Of a DNA stretch of 64,000 bases, positions 19,213 through 28,807 are shown piece after piece. The notes beneath the pieces are model-generated. The model was given only the letters and a program-made list of their open reading frames with translations, was not told the DNA's origin and made no database searches. Position numbers and translations under genes: made by a program. The DNA lies in the NCBI GenBank assembly GCA_029260235.1, contig JAJDDP010000080.1, positions 26,922 through 90,921 on the forward strand, in the 5' to 3' direction. The DNA comes from Phycisphaerae bacterium. Lineage in GTDB: Bacteria > Planctomycetota > Phycisphaerae > UBA1845. Each line of letters starts with the position of its first letter. Position 1 is the first letter of the stretch.

Positions 19213-19803
19213 ATGCCCAGGCCAAGCCAGACCCATGAGAAACGCGAGCAACTATTGCCTCTTGTCGCCCAGGCATTTGCCGAGCTGGGCTACCGCCGGG
19301 CGACCACCGCAGTGTTGGCCCAGCGTTGCGAAGTTCGCGTCAACATTCTCTACCGTCTTTGGGCCGACAAGAAGGCTATGTTCATTGCGTCCATCGATTA
19401 CGTCTATGAACAGGCCGTCGGCATCTGGCGCGAGGTTCTTGCCGAAACCGATGACGACACCGGCGGCGCTGAAAGGCTCCTGAGGCACGAGGCAGAACAC
19501 TACGGCGAATCGGGCCTGCACCGCATCATTTTTGCCGGGCTTTCAGAAACCCACGAGCCGGAAATCCGCCAAGCCCTAAGGGACATGTACGGCCGATTCC
19601 ACCGATTTATTCGTGGACAAATCGCCGACCACCGCGACGGCCACGAAACGACCGGCTTGCTGGGCGAAACCGTCGCCGCCTGGGCAATCGTGGGCCTGGG
19701 CAACGTAGCCAACATTAGTCGCGAGCTTGGACTACAGACGGATCGCGGGCGAAAGAAGATGTTCAGCCAAGCAGGACGGCTACTGCTGGACGGTCGAGGC
19801 TGA
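19213..19803 (+). CDS. TetR/AcrR-family transcriptional regulator
   Basis: ATG at 19213 is preceded by GAGGA. The N-terminal HTH block (REQLLPLVAQAFAELGYRRATTAVLAQRCEVRVNILYRLWADKKAMF) is typical of TetR_N. Confidence 0.85.
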   Translation: MPRPSQTHEKREQLLPLVAQAFAELGYRRATTAVLAQRCEVRVNILYRLWADKKAMFIASIDYVYEQAVGIWREVLAETDDDTGGAERLLRHEAEHYGESGLHRIIFAGLSETHEPEIRQALRDMYGRFHRFIRGQIADHRDGHETTGLLGETVAAWAIVGLGNVANISRELGLQTDRGRKKMFSQAGRLLLDGRG

Positions 19804-19878
19804 TGCAGTTTTTTTGTGGCGAATGTAAGTCGAGACTTACAATTGGAAACGTGGGGGCTATTTTTGAAGGAGACAGTC

Positions 19879-21012
19879 ATGAGCGATCAGGGAATCATCC
19901 GCATGCCGTTGGCGATACTAACGGCAGGGCTGGCTATGTATGCGTTCGTACCAGGGTGCCAAGCAAGCGGGAGCAACGGACAGATGTCGCCCGAGCAGCA
20001 GCAGCGCTTCGAGTCCATGCAGGCCGAGGGCGTGCAAGTCTCGCTCACGGTTTTTCCTATAGTCATGGGCAACAACGCCGCATTGAACCAAGACGTCGCC
20101 AACGTGCTGGCACTGCTGCTGGAAAAAGCTGGATTGACCAATCTGGAAACCAGCGATGCAGCCTTCGCCCCGCCGAACGACGCCTCGTACGATCAAGCTG
20201 CCAAACTGTTTGGCAATTTCATCAGCGAGAACCCGATCGAGACCGACTACGCACTCTATGCAGAGTTCATAGGCACACCAGCTAAGGGCCCAACAGAGAT
20301 CCGAGGCGTCATCGTCGACAAGACAGGCCAAAGCGTCTGGCTTGATCGCCAGACGACAGCTGATCGAGATTTCAAACGCGCCAAGCCAGATGGCCCGATG
20401 ACCTGTTGTGTCTTCTTAGCTGAGCGCGTGCGGAAACAACTGGGCATACCCACATCAGCCCGAGACGACAGTGGCCAGGGCAAGATCGCCCGGATGTTCG
20501 CCGAAAACTCACCCGGTCCCGGCAAAGCCGAGCGGGCAGCCATGGAGCAGCGCCAGTCAGCCATGAAGAAAGCTGGCAGCGGCGCAACGATGGTCGTTTT
20601 CCCGGTCCGGTTTTCTGATGACGAAGCAGGCGCCAAGGACGCCACCCACCTAGCCGAGATGCTGAACGGCAAGAAGCTCTGCAAAGCCAAGAGCCTAGAC
20701 TCGCCGCTCCGCGTAAAGGTTCGACCGGGCCACAACGAGCAAAAACGTCTGTGGCAGTTAGCCCGCACGTTTCAAGATCATATTAAACAAAATCCGCCCG
20801 ATGCAGACTACGCGATACTAGCGGACTACATGATGCACCCCAAACAAGAGCGCGCCTGGGCCGTGCATTTCGTGGTCTGTGACCGTAAGGGCCAATGGGT
20901 GATCGTCGATTTCCAGAACGATCATCACGGCGATTTCCAGAGCATAGATCCCAAGACGCACGACGCTTGCGCACTGCTGGTAGCCAAGAGGCTGGAAGGA
21001 TACCTGCGCTAG
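19879..21012 (+). CDS. Lipoprotein of unknown function with an internal duplication
   Basis: ATG at 19879 is preceded by GAAGGAGA. Signal peptide plus lipobox (LAMYAFVPGC). The two halves share blocks: VFP...NP.E/DxDYA...V.DK/R.GQ.V. Confidence 0.55.
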   Translation: MSDQGIIRMPLAILTAGLAMYAFVPGCQASGSNGQMSPEQQQRFESMQAEGVQVSLTVFPIVMGNNAALNQDVANVLALLLEKAGLTNLETSDAAFAPPNDASYDQAAKLFGNFISENPIETDYALYAEFIGTPAKGPTEIRGVIVDKTGQSVWLDRQTTADRDFKRAKPDGPMTCCVFLAERVRKQLGIPTSARDDSGQGKIARMFAENSPGPGKAERAAMEQRQSAMKKAGSGATMVVFPVRFSDDEAGAKDATHLAEMLNGKKLCKAKSLDSPLRVKVRPGHNEQKRLWQLARTFQDHIKQNPPDADYAILADYMMHPKQERAWAVHFVVCDRKGQWVIVDFQNDHHGDFQSIDPKTHDACALLVAKRLEGYLR

Positions 21013-21231
21013 ATACGGGTGGAGCCAACCCCCATTCAAAGCGAAAACCAAACGGTTGCCCTAGCGATAATAGGCGTCATGGAGATTAAAGGTGTCACCC
21101 ATTGGCCTTTCGATTGCAGTGACCGGCTCGGCGAAATAGAATCTTGGTTTGGTTGGACCATCGATGGCAAACTCTTGATCGCCTCAGCCCTCCCAGCATG
21201 GGTGCAGGCTATCTTCTGGAGGCATACAGGC

Positions 21232-21951
21232 ATGAAGCTTCTTCTTGGTAGCGGCGGGTTTCGCACCGAACAGCGGGTTACGTTCTTGGTAAAGCAGATG
21301 CGGTCGTTTTTTGGCGATGTGAAGCGAATTCTATTCGTCCCTTATGCGTTGGCTGATCATGACGGCTACGTCAAAATGCTCATCGACCGCGGGTTGCATG
21401 CTGGCTATGAGCTAGACGGCATCCACAACCACGCCGACCCCATCGAGGCTGTCCACCATGCAGAGGCGATCTACGTCGGCGGCGGCAACACGTTTCGATT
21501 GGTGACCGAACTACATGGCCGAGACATGTTGGGCATCATTCGGCAGCGGGTGCGGAGCGACCTGCCTTACATGGGCGTCTCAGCCGGCAGCAATGTCGCC
21601 TGCCCCACGCTGATGACCACCAACGACATGCCCATCGTCATGCCGCCCTCGTTCGAGACGCTGGGTTTGACCACCTTCCAGATCAACCCGCACTACTTCA
21701 ACGGCCAAACGCACGTCGAACTAGCCGACGGATCCTTCCAGGCCCATTTCGGCGAAACCCGCGACGACCGCATTCGTGAATTCCACGAGATGAACGACAT
21801 GCCGGTCGTCGGCCTCTGGGAAGGCGGCGTCTTGCGCTACGAGAACAACAAATGGCAACTCAAGGGATCGGCCGCCAGGGTGTTCTTGAAAGGGAAGGAA
21901 CCTCAAGACATGCAAGCAGATTCGGAACTAGGTGAACTTCTGGCCTCATAG
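21232..21951 (+). CDS. pepE: Dipeptidase E (peptidase S51, alpha-aspartyl dipeptidase)
   Basis: From the internal ATG (MKLLLGSGGF...) the sequence is collinear with my recollection of E. coli PepE. Shared blocks: AIYVGGGNTFRL, MGVSAGSNVACPTLMTTNDMPIV, FQINPHY, GETRDDRIREF. Confidence 0.9.
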   Translation: MKLLLGSGGFRTEQRVTFLVKQMRSFFGDVKRILFVPYALADHDGYVKMLIDRGLHAGYELDGIHNHADPIEAVHHAEAIYVGGGNTFRLVTELHGRDMLGIIRQRVRSDLPYMGVSAGSNVACPTLMTTNDMPIVMPPSFETLGLTTFQINPHYFNGQTHVELADGSFQAHFGETRDDRIREFHEMNDMPVVGLWEGGVLRYENNKWQLKGSAARVFLKGKEPQDMQADSELGELLAS

Positions 21952-22000
21952 CCAGGCAGACAGGCCGCAACATCGATTGGATATCCAGTCGTTGGTCTGG

Positions 22001-23131
22001 TCAATGCCCCCGCAGCAAGTCTCGGGCTATGATAACGCGCTGGATTTCGCTCGTGCCTTCGTAGATGGTGGTTACCCGCACATCACGGGCAAGCTGTTCG
22101 ACGCGGCACTCCTTGACGTAGCCGCTCCCCCCGTGAATCTGAACCGCGCGGTAGGCAATTCGGTTGGCTGCCTCACTGGCAAACAGCTTGGCTTTGGCGC
22201 TGGCAGCCGGCTCCAGGTCACCGCTGTCCATCAGGTCAGCCGCAGATTGGATGAGTGCCCGGGCGGCGGATAGCTCGGTGAAGCTATCGGCGATCATCTC
22301 CTGAATGGCTTGGAAGTTGGCGATGGGTTGGTCAAACTGCTCCCTCTGCTTGGCGTAGGCCGCCATCTCATCGAGACATGCTTGGGCGATGCCAGACGCC
22401 TGCGAGGCAATACCGATTCTGCCTCCGTCCAGCGCTGAGAGACAGGCCTTCATTCCCTCGCCTTCATTGCCCAAGAGGTGATCATCAGGCACGAACACAT
22501 CGTCATAGTGGATCACCGCTGTTTCGCTACCACGAATGCCCATCTTCCCCAGGATCTTGTCCCGGCCAATGCCAGTCTCGTTGCCATCTACCAGCAAAGC
22601 GCTCAGGCCTGATTTTTGGCCGGGCTGATCAGTCCTGGCCAAGGTCACGAACCAACGGGCATGCATGCCGTTGGTGATCCACATTTTTTCCCCGTTGACC
22701 CGGTAGCCGCCTTCAACTTTTCGGGCGGTGGTCTTGCTCGCTCCCGGGTCGCTTCCCGCCCCGGCTTCGGTCAGTGCAAACGCGGCGAAAGACTCGGGCG
22801 TGCCCCATTGGCTTAGCCATTCATTCTTCTTCTGCTCTAACGCAAAATCTCTGACCACCATGCCGACCATGTTATGGACCGAAAGGCTGACGGCCGTCGA
22901 GGGCGAATAGCGGGAGATCTCGTGGAGGATCCTGGCATAGGTGCGATAGGTGCAGCCCAAGCCCCCATACTCCTCGGAGATACAGAGGTTCAAGAACCCC
23001 ATCTCCGCCAACTGAGGGAGCACTTCCACCATCGACGATTCGTCTTCATCCCAGGCACGGTCGCAGGCTAGAAGCTCACTTTCTGCGAACTCCCGGGCAG
23101 CCTCGATCAACAAGACCTGGTCTTCAGTCAT
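22001..23131 (-). CDS. Acyl-CoA dehydrogenase
   Basis: 376 aa from MTEDQVLLIEAAREFAESEL. ACAD blocks: FALTEAGAGSDPG, KMWITNG, IASQASGIAQ, QIHGGSGYVKE, RVTTIYEGTSEIQR. The ORF-track extension to 23524 is judged spurious. Confidence 0.9.
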   Translation of the reverse strand: MTEDQVLLIEAAREFAESELLACDRAWDEDESSMVEVLPQLAEMGFLNLCISEEYGGLGCTYRTYARILHEISRYSPSTAVSLSVHNMVGMVVRDFALEQKKNEWLSQWGTPESFAAFALTEAGAGSDPGASKTTARKVEGGYRVNGEKMWITNGMHARWFVTLARTDQPGQKSGLSALLVDGNETGIGRDKILGKMGIRGSETAVIHYDDVFVPDDHLLGNEGEGMKACLSALDGGRIGIASQASGIAQACLDEMAAYAKQREQFDQPIANFQAIQEMIADSFTELSAARALIQSAADLMDSGDLEPAASAKAKLFASEAANRIAYRAVQIHGGSGYVKECRVEQLARDVRVTTIYEGTSEIQRVIIARDLLRGH

Positions 23132-23715
23132 GGCCAACATCAATACAACAACCAGCCTCTCTAATGCCACGCGTGGCGAGCCGAAAACGGCTGTGAATAA
23201 ACCAAGAATCACATTCCCAAATCCAATGCTGGATGCCCAAAACGGCAGAACAGCATTGAAGCGGGACCGGGAATATAACGCCCTTGTACCCGGACAATCA
23301 AGGAGCACTGCCCAGGCTTCGTCGATCCAAGACCTCGCGGGCCGACTCACCTGCTTAGCACGCCAGCGTCCAGGCTCCAGACCGAGTGATAACCCTGCGC
23401 CCGACGAACAACGGGCCTGACGTTCACTCAGCCCAGCAAGAAGGGCGCCAGCGGCGAGCAAGCGATCCGGAATGCCCTCGCAGGATTCAAGACGGGCACC
23501 AGCGCCAGCCGCGACTATGCACACATAACCTATGCTTCAAAATGTACCTACAACACATACCCCAAGAACCTCAGAAGCAAATGCGCTCTTCAAAGCCAGA
23601 CCTGCCGACAGAGATCCAACGCCCCATTCGCTGGCGAGTAAGGCGAAGATGATGCGCCCTTGAAGCCCCCAAATTATCACTTGACGCCGTACATCCCGTA
23701 TCCTAACCTCTACCT

Positions 23716-23945
23716 ACTGGGACAGCCGGTTCAGTGAATGCTGTGTCGTCTACCCAGTTTCAACGACGGTTCAAACCCGGCTCCGGGGTGCAAGAGAGCC
23801 TGTGGGGGGCACGGTAACCGTGGGCTTTGGGTCGTTGGGATCGTCAGGGTACATCCGGGCTTTCCGGGTGGGGAAAGAAGCAAGCGGTCAGTCACCTCGT
23901 CCCGTGTTGGTTTTGGGACGGAGAGGCTGGCCGCTTTTCCCGTTT
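23716..23945 (+). ncRNA. Candidate structured small RNA of unknown family
   Basis: Upstream TTGACG (23681-23686), 17 nt, then TAACCT (23704-23709). Nested helices: 23717-23721/23753-23757 and 23723-23726/23740-23743; 23761-23767/23831-23837; 23771-23778/23822-23830; 23779-23783/23796-23800; CACGGtaaCCGTG at 23810-23822. A long imperfect terminal hairpin at 23882-23936 is followed by the T-rich tract ttttcccgtttt. No credible ORF. Confidence 0.3.
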
Positions 23946-24000
23946 TACCGGTAGAAGCTAGCCTAGACCTGCATTCTGCGAATTTGGGGCAAGAGAGGGG

Positions 24001-24276
24001 TTACGGCAGGATGCTAGCCATCGCGGGTACCTTCTCGATTTCCGGTGTAGGCACCATCGTGATCACATCCCACGGGCAGACCTGAGCACAAAGCTTACAA
24101 CCGATGCAAACGTGCAGATCAATCGAACAAATGCCCATGGCATAATTGGAGTGAATCGGATCCGATAGCTTATCGATGCAATCCACCGGGCAGACCGCGA
24201 CGCAGGCTTCGCAGCCTGTGCAAAGATCCTCGTCCAGAATGGCAAGTTGCTTGGGTAGTTTCTTTTTCTTGGCCAT
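24001..24276 (-). CDS. 2x[4Fe-4S] ferredoxin-type protein
   Basis: 91 aa from MAKKKKLPKQ. Two cluster motifs: CTGCEACVAVCP and CIGCKLCAQVCP. Confidence 0.8.
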   Translation of the reverse strand: MAKKKKLPKQLAILDEDLCTGCEACVAVCPVDCIDKLSDPIHSNYAMGICSIDLHVCIGCKLCAQVCPWDVITMVPTPEIEKVPAMASILP

Positions 24277-24442
24277 AGCTGTCCAGTCTATTGTCGGCAG
24301 AAGGAGCCGATGAGTGGGGGATTGTAGCAAACCGCTGCGGTTCGTCCAATCGGGTCCACAGCTCCTGTCCAGCCCAACCATTATCGGGTTGGTGCATCCC
24401 GGTCGCTGGCACCCCATGAACCCGCCCTTGATGGCAGTGTCG

Positions 24443-25564
24443 TCAATCTATGTCGATCTTCATCGGCTTGGCGAATGTGCGGTAGAAGCGGTCCATCTGC
24501 TCTTGGCCCGGAAATCCGGCATGAAGCAAGATCCGGTAGCGGAAGCAGTGGGTGTCGCCCTGCTGCCAGGTCCGCTCTGCAGTAATGGCCTCGCTGTTGA
24601 GGAATTCAGCCAAGCCGAAGGGATTGGCGGACATCAGCCCGTAATCACGAACGTTCCAATGTGTGGGATGCCGCAGATTCCCGGGGTAGTCCATCAGGGT
24701 GATGCCGCTCTTTAGACCTGCGACCTCGCCTGAATAGTCGCACCAGCTAGCCCGCGCCCCCCAGCACGCCTCTTCACCCTCTTCGCCCTCTGCATTGCGG
24801 ATCGTCCCTCCAGATTGAACATCCAAACCTCGAGCGACCCGAACCGCGCAGATGCCACCATCTTTGGTATCACCGATGGTGATGTTCTTCTCGGTCATGT
24901 TGAAGCGGACAGCCAAGTCGATCATGCGTGGACCGCCTTGGTGAGCCGCGAAGAACGTGTAGCTACGATGTTCGACGAGTTGGCGTTTTCCGTCGCTGCC
25001 GAGCCAGTCGACCATCATTCCAAGCCTGGCGTAGACCGGGCCGCTGCTCGATACGGTAAATCGCCGGACAACCTGACGGCCGCAGCCCGACTGCTCGGAC
25101 CAATGGTCTACTCCATCTACGTTTCCCCAGCCGACCCAGCAGCTGCGCTGATGTGGATGCTGGTCGCTCCCCTTGCTGGCATCATGGGTGACGGCGGCTC
25201 CAGAGGGATCGCAGATAGGGTCCAGATAGGGTTTGGGCAGTTCTGGACCGTGATGGAAAGAGGCCACCAACTTCCCTGCCTGTTTTATCTCCGTCTCGGA
25301 TTCGCCTTCATGGACAACAACCCGATCAGCCTCAGCAAGGTTGCCCGATCCGTCGATCTTATAAGTTCGAACCTGATCTTCCTCTAACGAGTCCTCCAAC
25401 CAGCAGAGCCGGCCCCTGGTGTCGATCTGGACGGGCTTGGACTGACCACTGTCCATGTCGAGCAGGCCTATCATGCGTGTTTGATCGAGACGATGCAGCG
25501 GGGCCGGGGCTGCCACCGGCGCCGGGGGTCTGCCGCCCTCAGGCGCGTGAACGATGATCTTCAT
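24443..25564 (-). CDS. PmoA-like / DUF6807-family protein
   Basis: 373-aa ORF. The block HPHQRSCWVGWGNVDGVDHWSE and its surroundings resemble the family annotated as methane-monooxygenase-PmoA-like. This assignment is from memory of family motifs. Confidence 0.5.
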   Translation of the reverse strand: MKIIVHAPEGGRPPAPVAAPAPLHRLDQTRMIGLLDMDSGQSKPVQIDTRGRLCWLEDSLEEDQVRTYKIDGSGNLAEADRVVVHEGESETEIKQAGKLVASFHHGPELPKPYLDPICDPSGAAVTHDASKGSDQHPHQRSCWVGWGNVDGVDHWSEQSGCGRQVVRRFTVSSSGPVYARLGMMVDWLGSDGKRQLVEHRSYTFFAAHQGGPRMIDLAVRFNMTEKNITIGDTKDGGICAVRVARGLDVQSGGTIRNAEGEEGEEACWGARASWCDYSGEVAGLKSGITLMDYPGNLRHPTHWNVRDYGLMSANPFGLAEFLNSEAITAERTWQQGDTHCFRYRILLHAGFPGQEQMDRFYRTFAKPMKIDID

Positions 25565-25677
25565 AGCCCCTCCAACGTGAGCATTTCATGCAACACAGAA
25601 ACGATCCAAGGAATCTCAGGATCACCAGTTTGGATACTCAATCGAGCGGGGATTGTAGCAGATCAGGATGCTGTGAC

Positions 25678-26196
25678 CTAGCTCTGGACAACATCTGAGG
25701 CTGGACTTGGCCCCTTGCTGCGATATTCGGACATGATGACTTGCATGATGGCATCATTCTGGCGAATGAGGCGGAACTCGTACATCAGCGCGAGCGCGTT
25801 GGCTATGATGCAAGTAAGGGCTGCAATCAAGTGATAGGTGCTGTGCTCCCGCTGACCCCAGGTGTGTGCTCCCAGAGCAACAGTGGCAACCAGTGGCAGG
25901 AAGGCGATCACGATGCAGCCGGTAGCACCCCGCTTGATGCGCTGTGTCTCTTCCATGGCAGCTTCTTCTAAACGAGCCAAAGCCACGGCCTGATGAATGG
26001 CCTTCCCCGTTACGGTGAAGTAGGTGAAGGTGACCACATGAACAAGTGCAGTGAGCAAGGCAGCGAAAAGCCCCAAGGCAAAGTGCTGCACAAATAAGCG
26101 GTCACCAACCACCATGAAGCCCAGTACTGCGGCACCACAGAGCGTCAAGAGCAATCCAGAAGCCAAACCTGCAAACACGCGAACCATGCCCGGCAT
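25678..26196 (-). CDS. Integral membrane protein, unknown function (4 predicted TM segments)
   Basis: 172-aa ORF with four long hydrophobic stretches. No recognisable motif. Confidence 0.5.
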   Translation of the reverse strand: MPGMVRVFAGLASGLLLTLCGAAVLGFMVVGDRLFVQHFALGLFAALLTALVHVVTFTYFTVTGKAIHQAVALARLEEAAMEETQRIKRGATGCIVIAFLPLVATVALGAHTWGQREHSTYHLIAALTCIIANALALMYEFRLIRQNDAIMQVIMSEYRSKGPSPASDVVQS

Positions 26197-26297
26197 TGAA
26201 CACGCGATTCAACTGCCGGGCAAGCGCATGAAAAATGCCGCAGCCCAGAAGCATAGGTTCGCTCGCTGTGGCTGCGGCATACTTGTCACGGATGGGA

Positions 26298-27176
26298 TTA
26301 GCCGTTGAGCATCGATTCTGCGTTTTCGATTTCTTCAGGCAATGCTTCAAGGATTTCTTCGAGTCGGCTATGGTCGATGCCAGCCCCCACGAAGACCTCC
26401 TCGGGAATCTCGCATAGAGATTCTGTGATACAGAATCCGTGCTTCTCACGGCAGCAAATGATGTCGGCCATGTGAATGGTGTAGCCAAGCTTTTGCAATT
26501 CAGGACTGAGGGCTTCTGGCGTATGGTGGAAGCCAACAATCGCCCGCAAGTGCCTCGGGAACTTCCACTTGGTGGTCAACCCATCACCAAAGGCTTGGTG
26601 ATCAGCGCCGATGATTTTGACTTCGAGATCACGGAAAGTCCCTTCGCCCGAGACGCATCGATTGATCGCATCCGCGAGTTGGTCTGGGAATGCCTGTCGT
26701 TCGACAAGAATCCCGATATCGTGAATCAACCCTGCCAAGAAGACTTCTTCCAGCCCCGCCGGCTGCCCGGAGGCTTTGTGGATCATGCGGGCGGTGACAC
26801 CAACGGCTACACTGTGACGCCAAAGATCCTTGGCTGAGAAGTGATCCGACATTTTCCCTTTCTTGAACAATCGGGCAATCGACGCGGCTACCGCTATGTT
26901 CTTCACGGCTGACATGCCGAGCAAGATGATGGCCCGGTCCACGCTGGCAATCTGTCCAGGCAGACCATAGAACGCCGAGTTGACCACTTTGAGCACCTTG
27001 GCTGATAGGGCTGGGTCGGTCTTGATCACGGTGTGTAATTCGCGGGCAGTACTCTTGGGATCTTCTACGATCTCGATGATCTTGACGGTGACCTCTGGGA
27101 GTGTAGCGATATCGCCGATCGAGGAGAGCGCCTTGGAGACAATGGTCATGTCATTCTGAGCCAATTCGGCCGGCAT
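26298..27176 (-). CDS. HDOD-domain signalling protein
   Basis: 292-aa ORF with HDOD-type blocks: LPEVTVKIIEIVEDPKST, LSAKVLKVVNSAFYGL, LWRHSVAVGV, FLAGLIHDIGILV, GADHQAFGDGL. Confidence 0.8.
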   Translation of the reverse strand: MPAELAQNDMTIVSKALSSIGDIATLPEVTVKIIEIVEDPKSTARELHTVIKTDPALSAKVLKVVNSAFYGLPGQIASVDRAIILLGMSAVKNIAVAASIARLFKKGKMSDHFSAKDLWRHSVAVGVTARMIHKASGQPAGLEEVFLAGLIHDIGILVERQAFPDQLADAINRCVSGEGTFRDLEVKIIGADHQAFGDGLTTKWKFPRHLRAIVGFHHTPEALSPELQKLGYTIHMADIICCREKHGFCITESLCEIPEEVFVGAGIDHSRLEEILEALPEEIENAESMLNG

Positions 27177-27668
27177 AGTTCATACCCCTTAAGATTCGGA
27201 CAAAGCTTCGCCTAGACTTCCAGAGTGTTGTCACTCTTCGGTTCATCGTCCCCTATCCCGTACTGCTTGAAGAACAAACTAGCCGAGTTGGCCTCATGAC
27301 CCCTCCGCGTGTGAGAGTGGTCCTGGCCCACCCAGCCTTGTGCTTCGCCATGGGGTGGCCAAGGATGGGCGAGGCCTTCTCAAGCCCGTTTCCACCACTG
27401 ATATCACCCATCGTGTGCCCGAGCAACAACGATAGCGGATCGAATGGCCCGTTCGGGCAACATGGTGTTTCCAAGAAACAACTATTTTGTGGCGACCGTG
27501 CCGGACATGCCGATATTAGATGTAGTCAACTGGGTCGGGCCTGGAGCCGTTCGCCGAGCGATTGAGTCGGTTGTGGCGAATGGGCACCAAGGTCTGTTCC
27601 GCCAAGTCTACATCCTGCGGCGGTGCGGCCGGGGTGCGTTCTCAACGATTAGTTCCGTGGGGCAATAG

Positions 27669-28802
27669 ATGGCCTTAAATCAGAATTCTACTCAGGCCTC
27701 GCTTGGGCCGGAGGCTCCGCTTGCGGACTTGGCCTCGCTGATCCTGCGCGAATTGCCCATGGCGGTGCTGGTCTTTGACCTGAACCTGCGGGTGATCCAT
27801 CGAAACAGCACTGCCAGCAACCTCTTTGGCCAATTTGAAACTGCGGCTGACTTCGCGTCAGAGCTGGCTGGGGGAGAGGGTATCAATCTCGACCCAATTG
27901 CAGATTTGAATCAGGTCATCGAGAACGGCTTGTCTCTGAATCGCGACGGGGTCGTCTATAGCCTGGGGCAAAATGATGAACGCCTGCTTAACTTGTCTTA
28001 CTCCCCGGTGGATCCGGGACCAGAACACAGACCAAGCAGCGTGGTGCTGATCGTCGAGGATGTCACCGCCCGGGTAGGACTGGAACGGCGGCTAGCGGTG
28101 TCGGAGCGGATGGCTGCGGTAGGCAAACTTGCCGCAAAAATCGCCCACGAGTTGAACAACCCGCTGGATGGCATCTTGCGCTACATCAACCTGACCACCC
28201 GCGTCCTTAAGTCTGAAGGCTACGACAATCCCAAGGTGCTCTCGTACTTGAGCGAGTCCGGCCAGGGATTGATGCGGATGGCTGAGATCCTCAGCGAACT
28301 GCTCGTATTTTCACGAAACAACCATACGCAATTCGACGAAGTGGACATCAATAAGACCGTCGAAGAATCTTTGCAGACCTTGCACCAGAAAGCCGACGCT
28401 GCCGGCGTAACCATCGCCTTGGTCTTCCGCGACCAGAAGATGCCGGCGCTCCGGGGCGGAATGCTTTATCAGATCTGCTGCAATCTCATCAAGAACGCGA
28501 TTGATGCCATGCCCGATGGAGGCCGGCTGACCCTAACGACCGGCTTGGTCGATGATGAGGTGATTATCCGTTTCGAGGATACTGGCTCGGGTTTGCCTAA
28601 GCCGATTGACCAGGTATTTGAGGCATTCTTCACCACAAAGCCTGCCGGCAAAGGCACGGGGCTTGGGTTGGCCATTTGCAAGGATCATGCCGAACGTCTA
28701 GGCGGCCGCATCACCGCAGAGCAAGGCCAGCCCACAGGGGCGGTATTCACCGTGCGGATTCCTTTGGCCCGATGCATCGAACGCAACAAGAAATCGAAGT
28801 GA
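27669..28802 (+). CDS. Cytoplasmic PAS-type sensor histidine kinase
   Basis: H-box KIAHELNNPLDG, N-box CCNLIKNAIDAM, G-boxes EDTGSGL and GTGLGLAI. The N-terminus is PAS-like. No TM segment. Confidence 0.85.
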   Translation: MALNQNSTQASLGPEAPLADLASLILRELPMAVLVFDLNLRVIHRNSTASNLFGQFETAADFASELAGGEGINLDPIADLNQVIENGLSLNRDGVVYSLGQNDERLLNLSYSPVDPGPEHRPSSVVLIVEDVTARVGLERRLAVSERMAAVGKLAAKIAHELNNPLDGILRYINLTTRVLKSEGYDNPKVLSYLSESGQGLMRMAEILSELLVFSRNNHTQFDEVDINKTVEESLQTLHQKADAAGVTIALVFRDQKMPALRGGMLYQICCNLIKNAIDAMPDGGRLTLTTGLVDDEVIIRFEDTGSGLPKPIDQVFEAFFTTKPAGKGTGLGLAICKDHAERLGGRITAEQGQPTGAVFTVRIPLARCIERNKKSK

Positions 28803-28807
28803 GCACT

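Noticed and set aside
23132-23524. N-terminal 131-aa extension of the acyl-CoA dehydrogenase ORF
   Set aside because: ACADs start close to the MTEDQ…REFAE block. The extension is Ala/Gly/Arg/Leu-rich without any motif, so it is most likely upstream non-coding sequence read in frame.
23760-23792. tRNA-like T-arm string GACGGTTCAAACCCGGC
   Set aside because: The T-stem has a mismatch. No complementary 5' acceptor strand (CCCCGGA) exists within about 70 nt upstream, and there is no D-arm or anticodon arm. It is not a tRNA or tmRNA end.
23843-23890. Partial resemblance to the SRP RNA helix-8 consensus (GTCAGG … GAAGCA)
   Set aside because: The segment between the two strings (GTACATCCGGGCTTTCCGGGTGGGGAAA) lacks the GNAR tetraloop and the short closing stem of 4.5S/SRP RNA. 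The resemblance is probably chance. I left it as an unknown structured RNA pending cmscan.
27444-27668. 74-aa ORF ending exactly at the histidine kinase ATG
   Set aside because: It has no SD-like sequence, no recognisable motif, and mixed composition. I kept it only as a note under the HDOD/HK finding.
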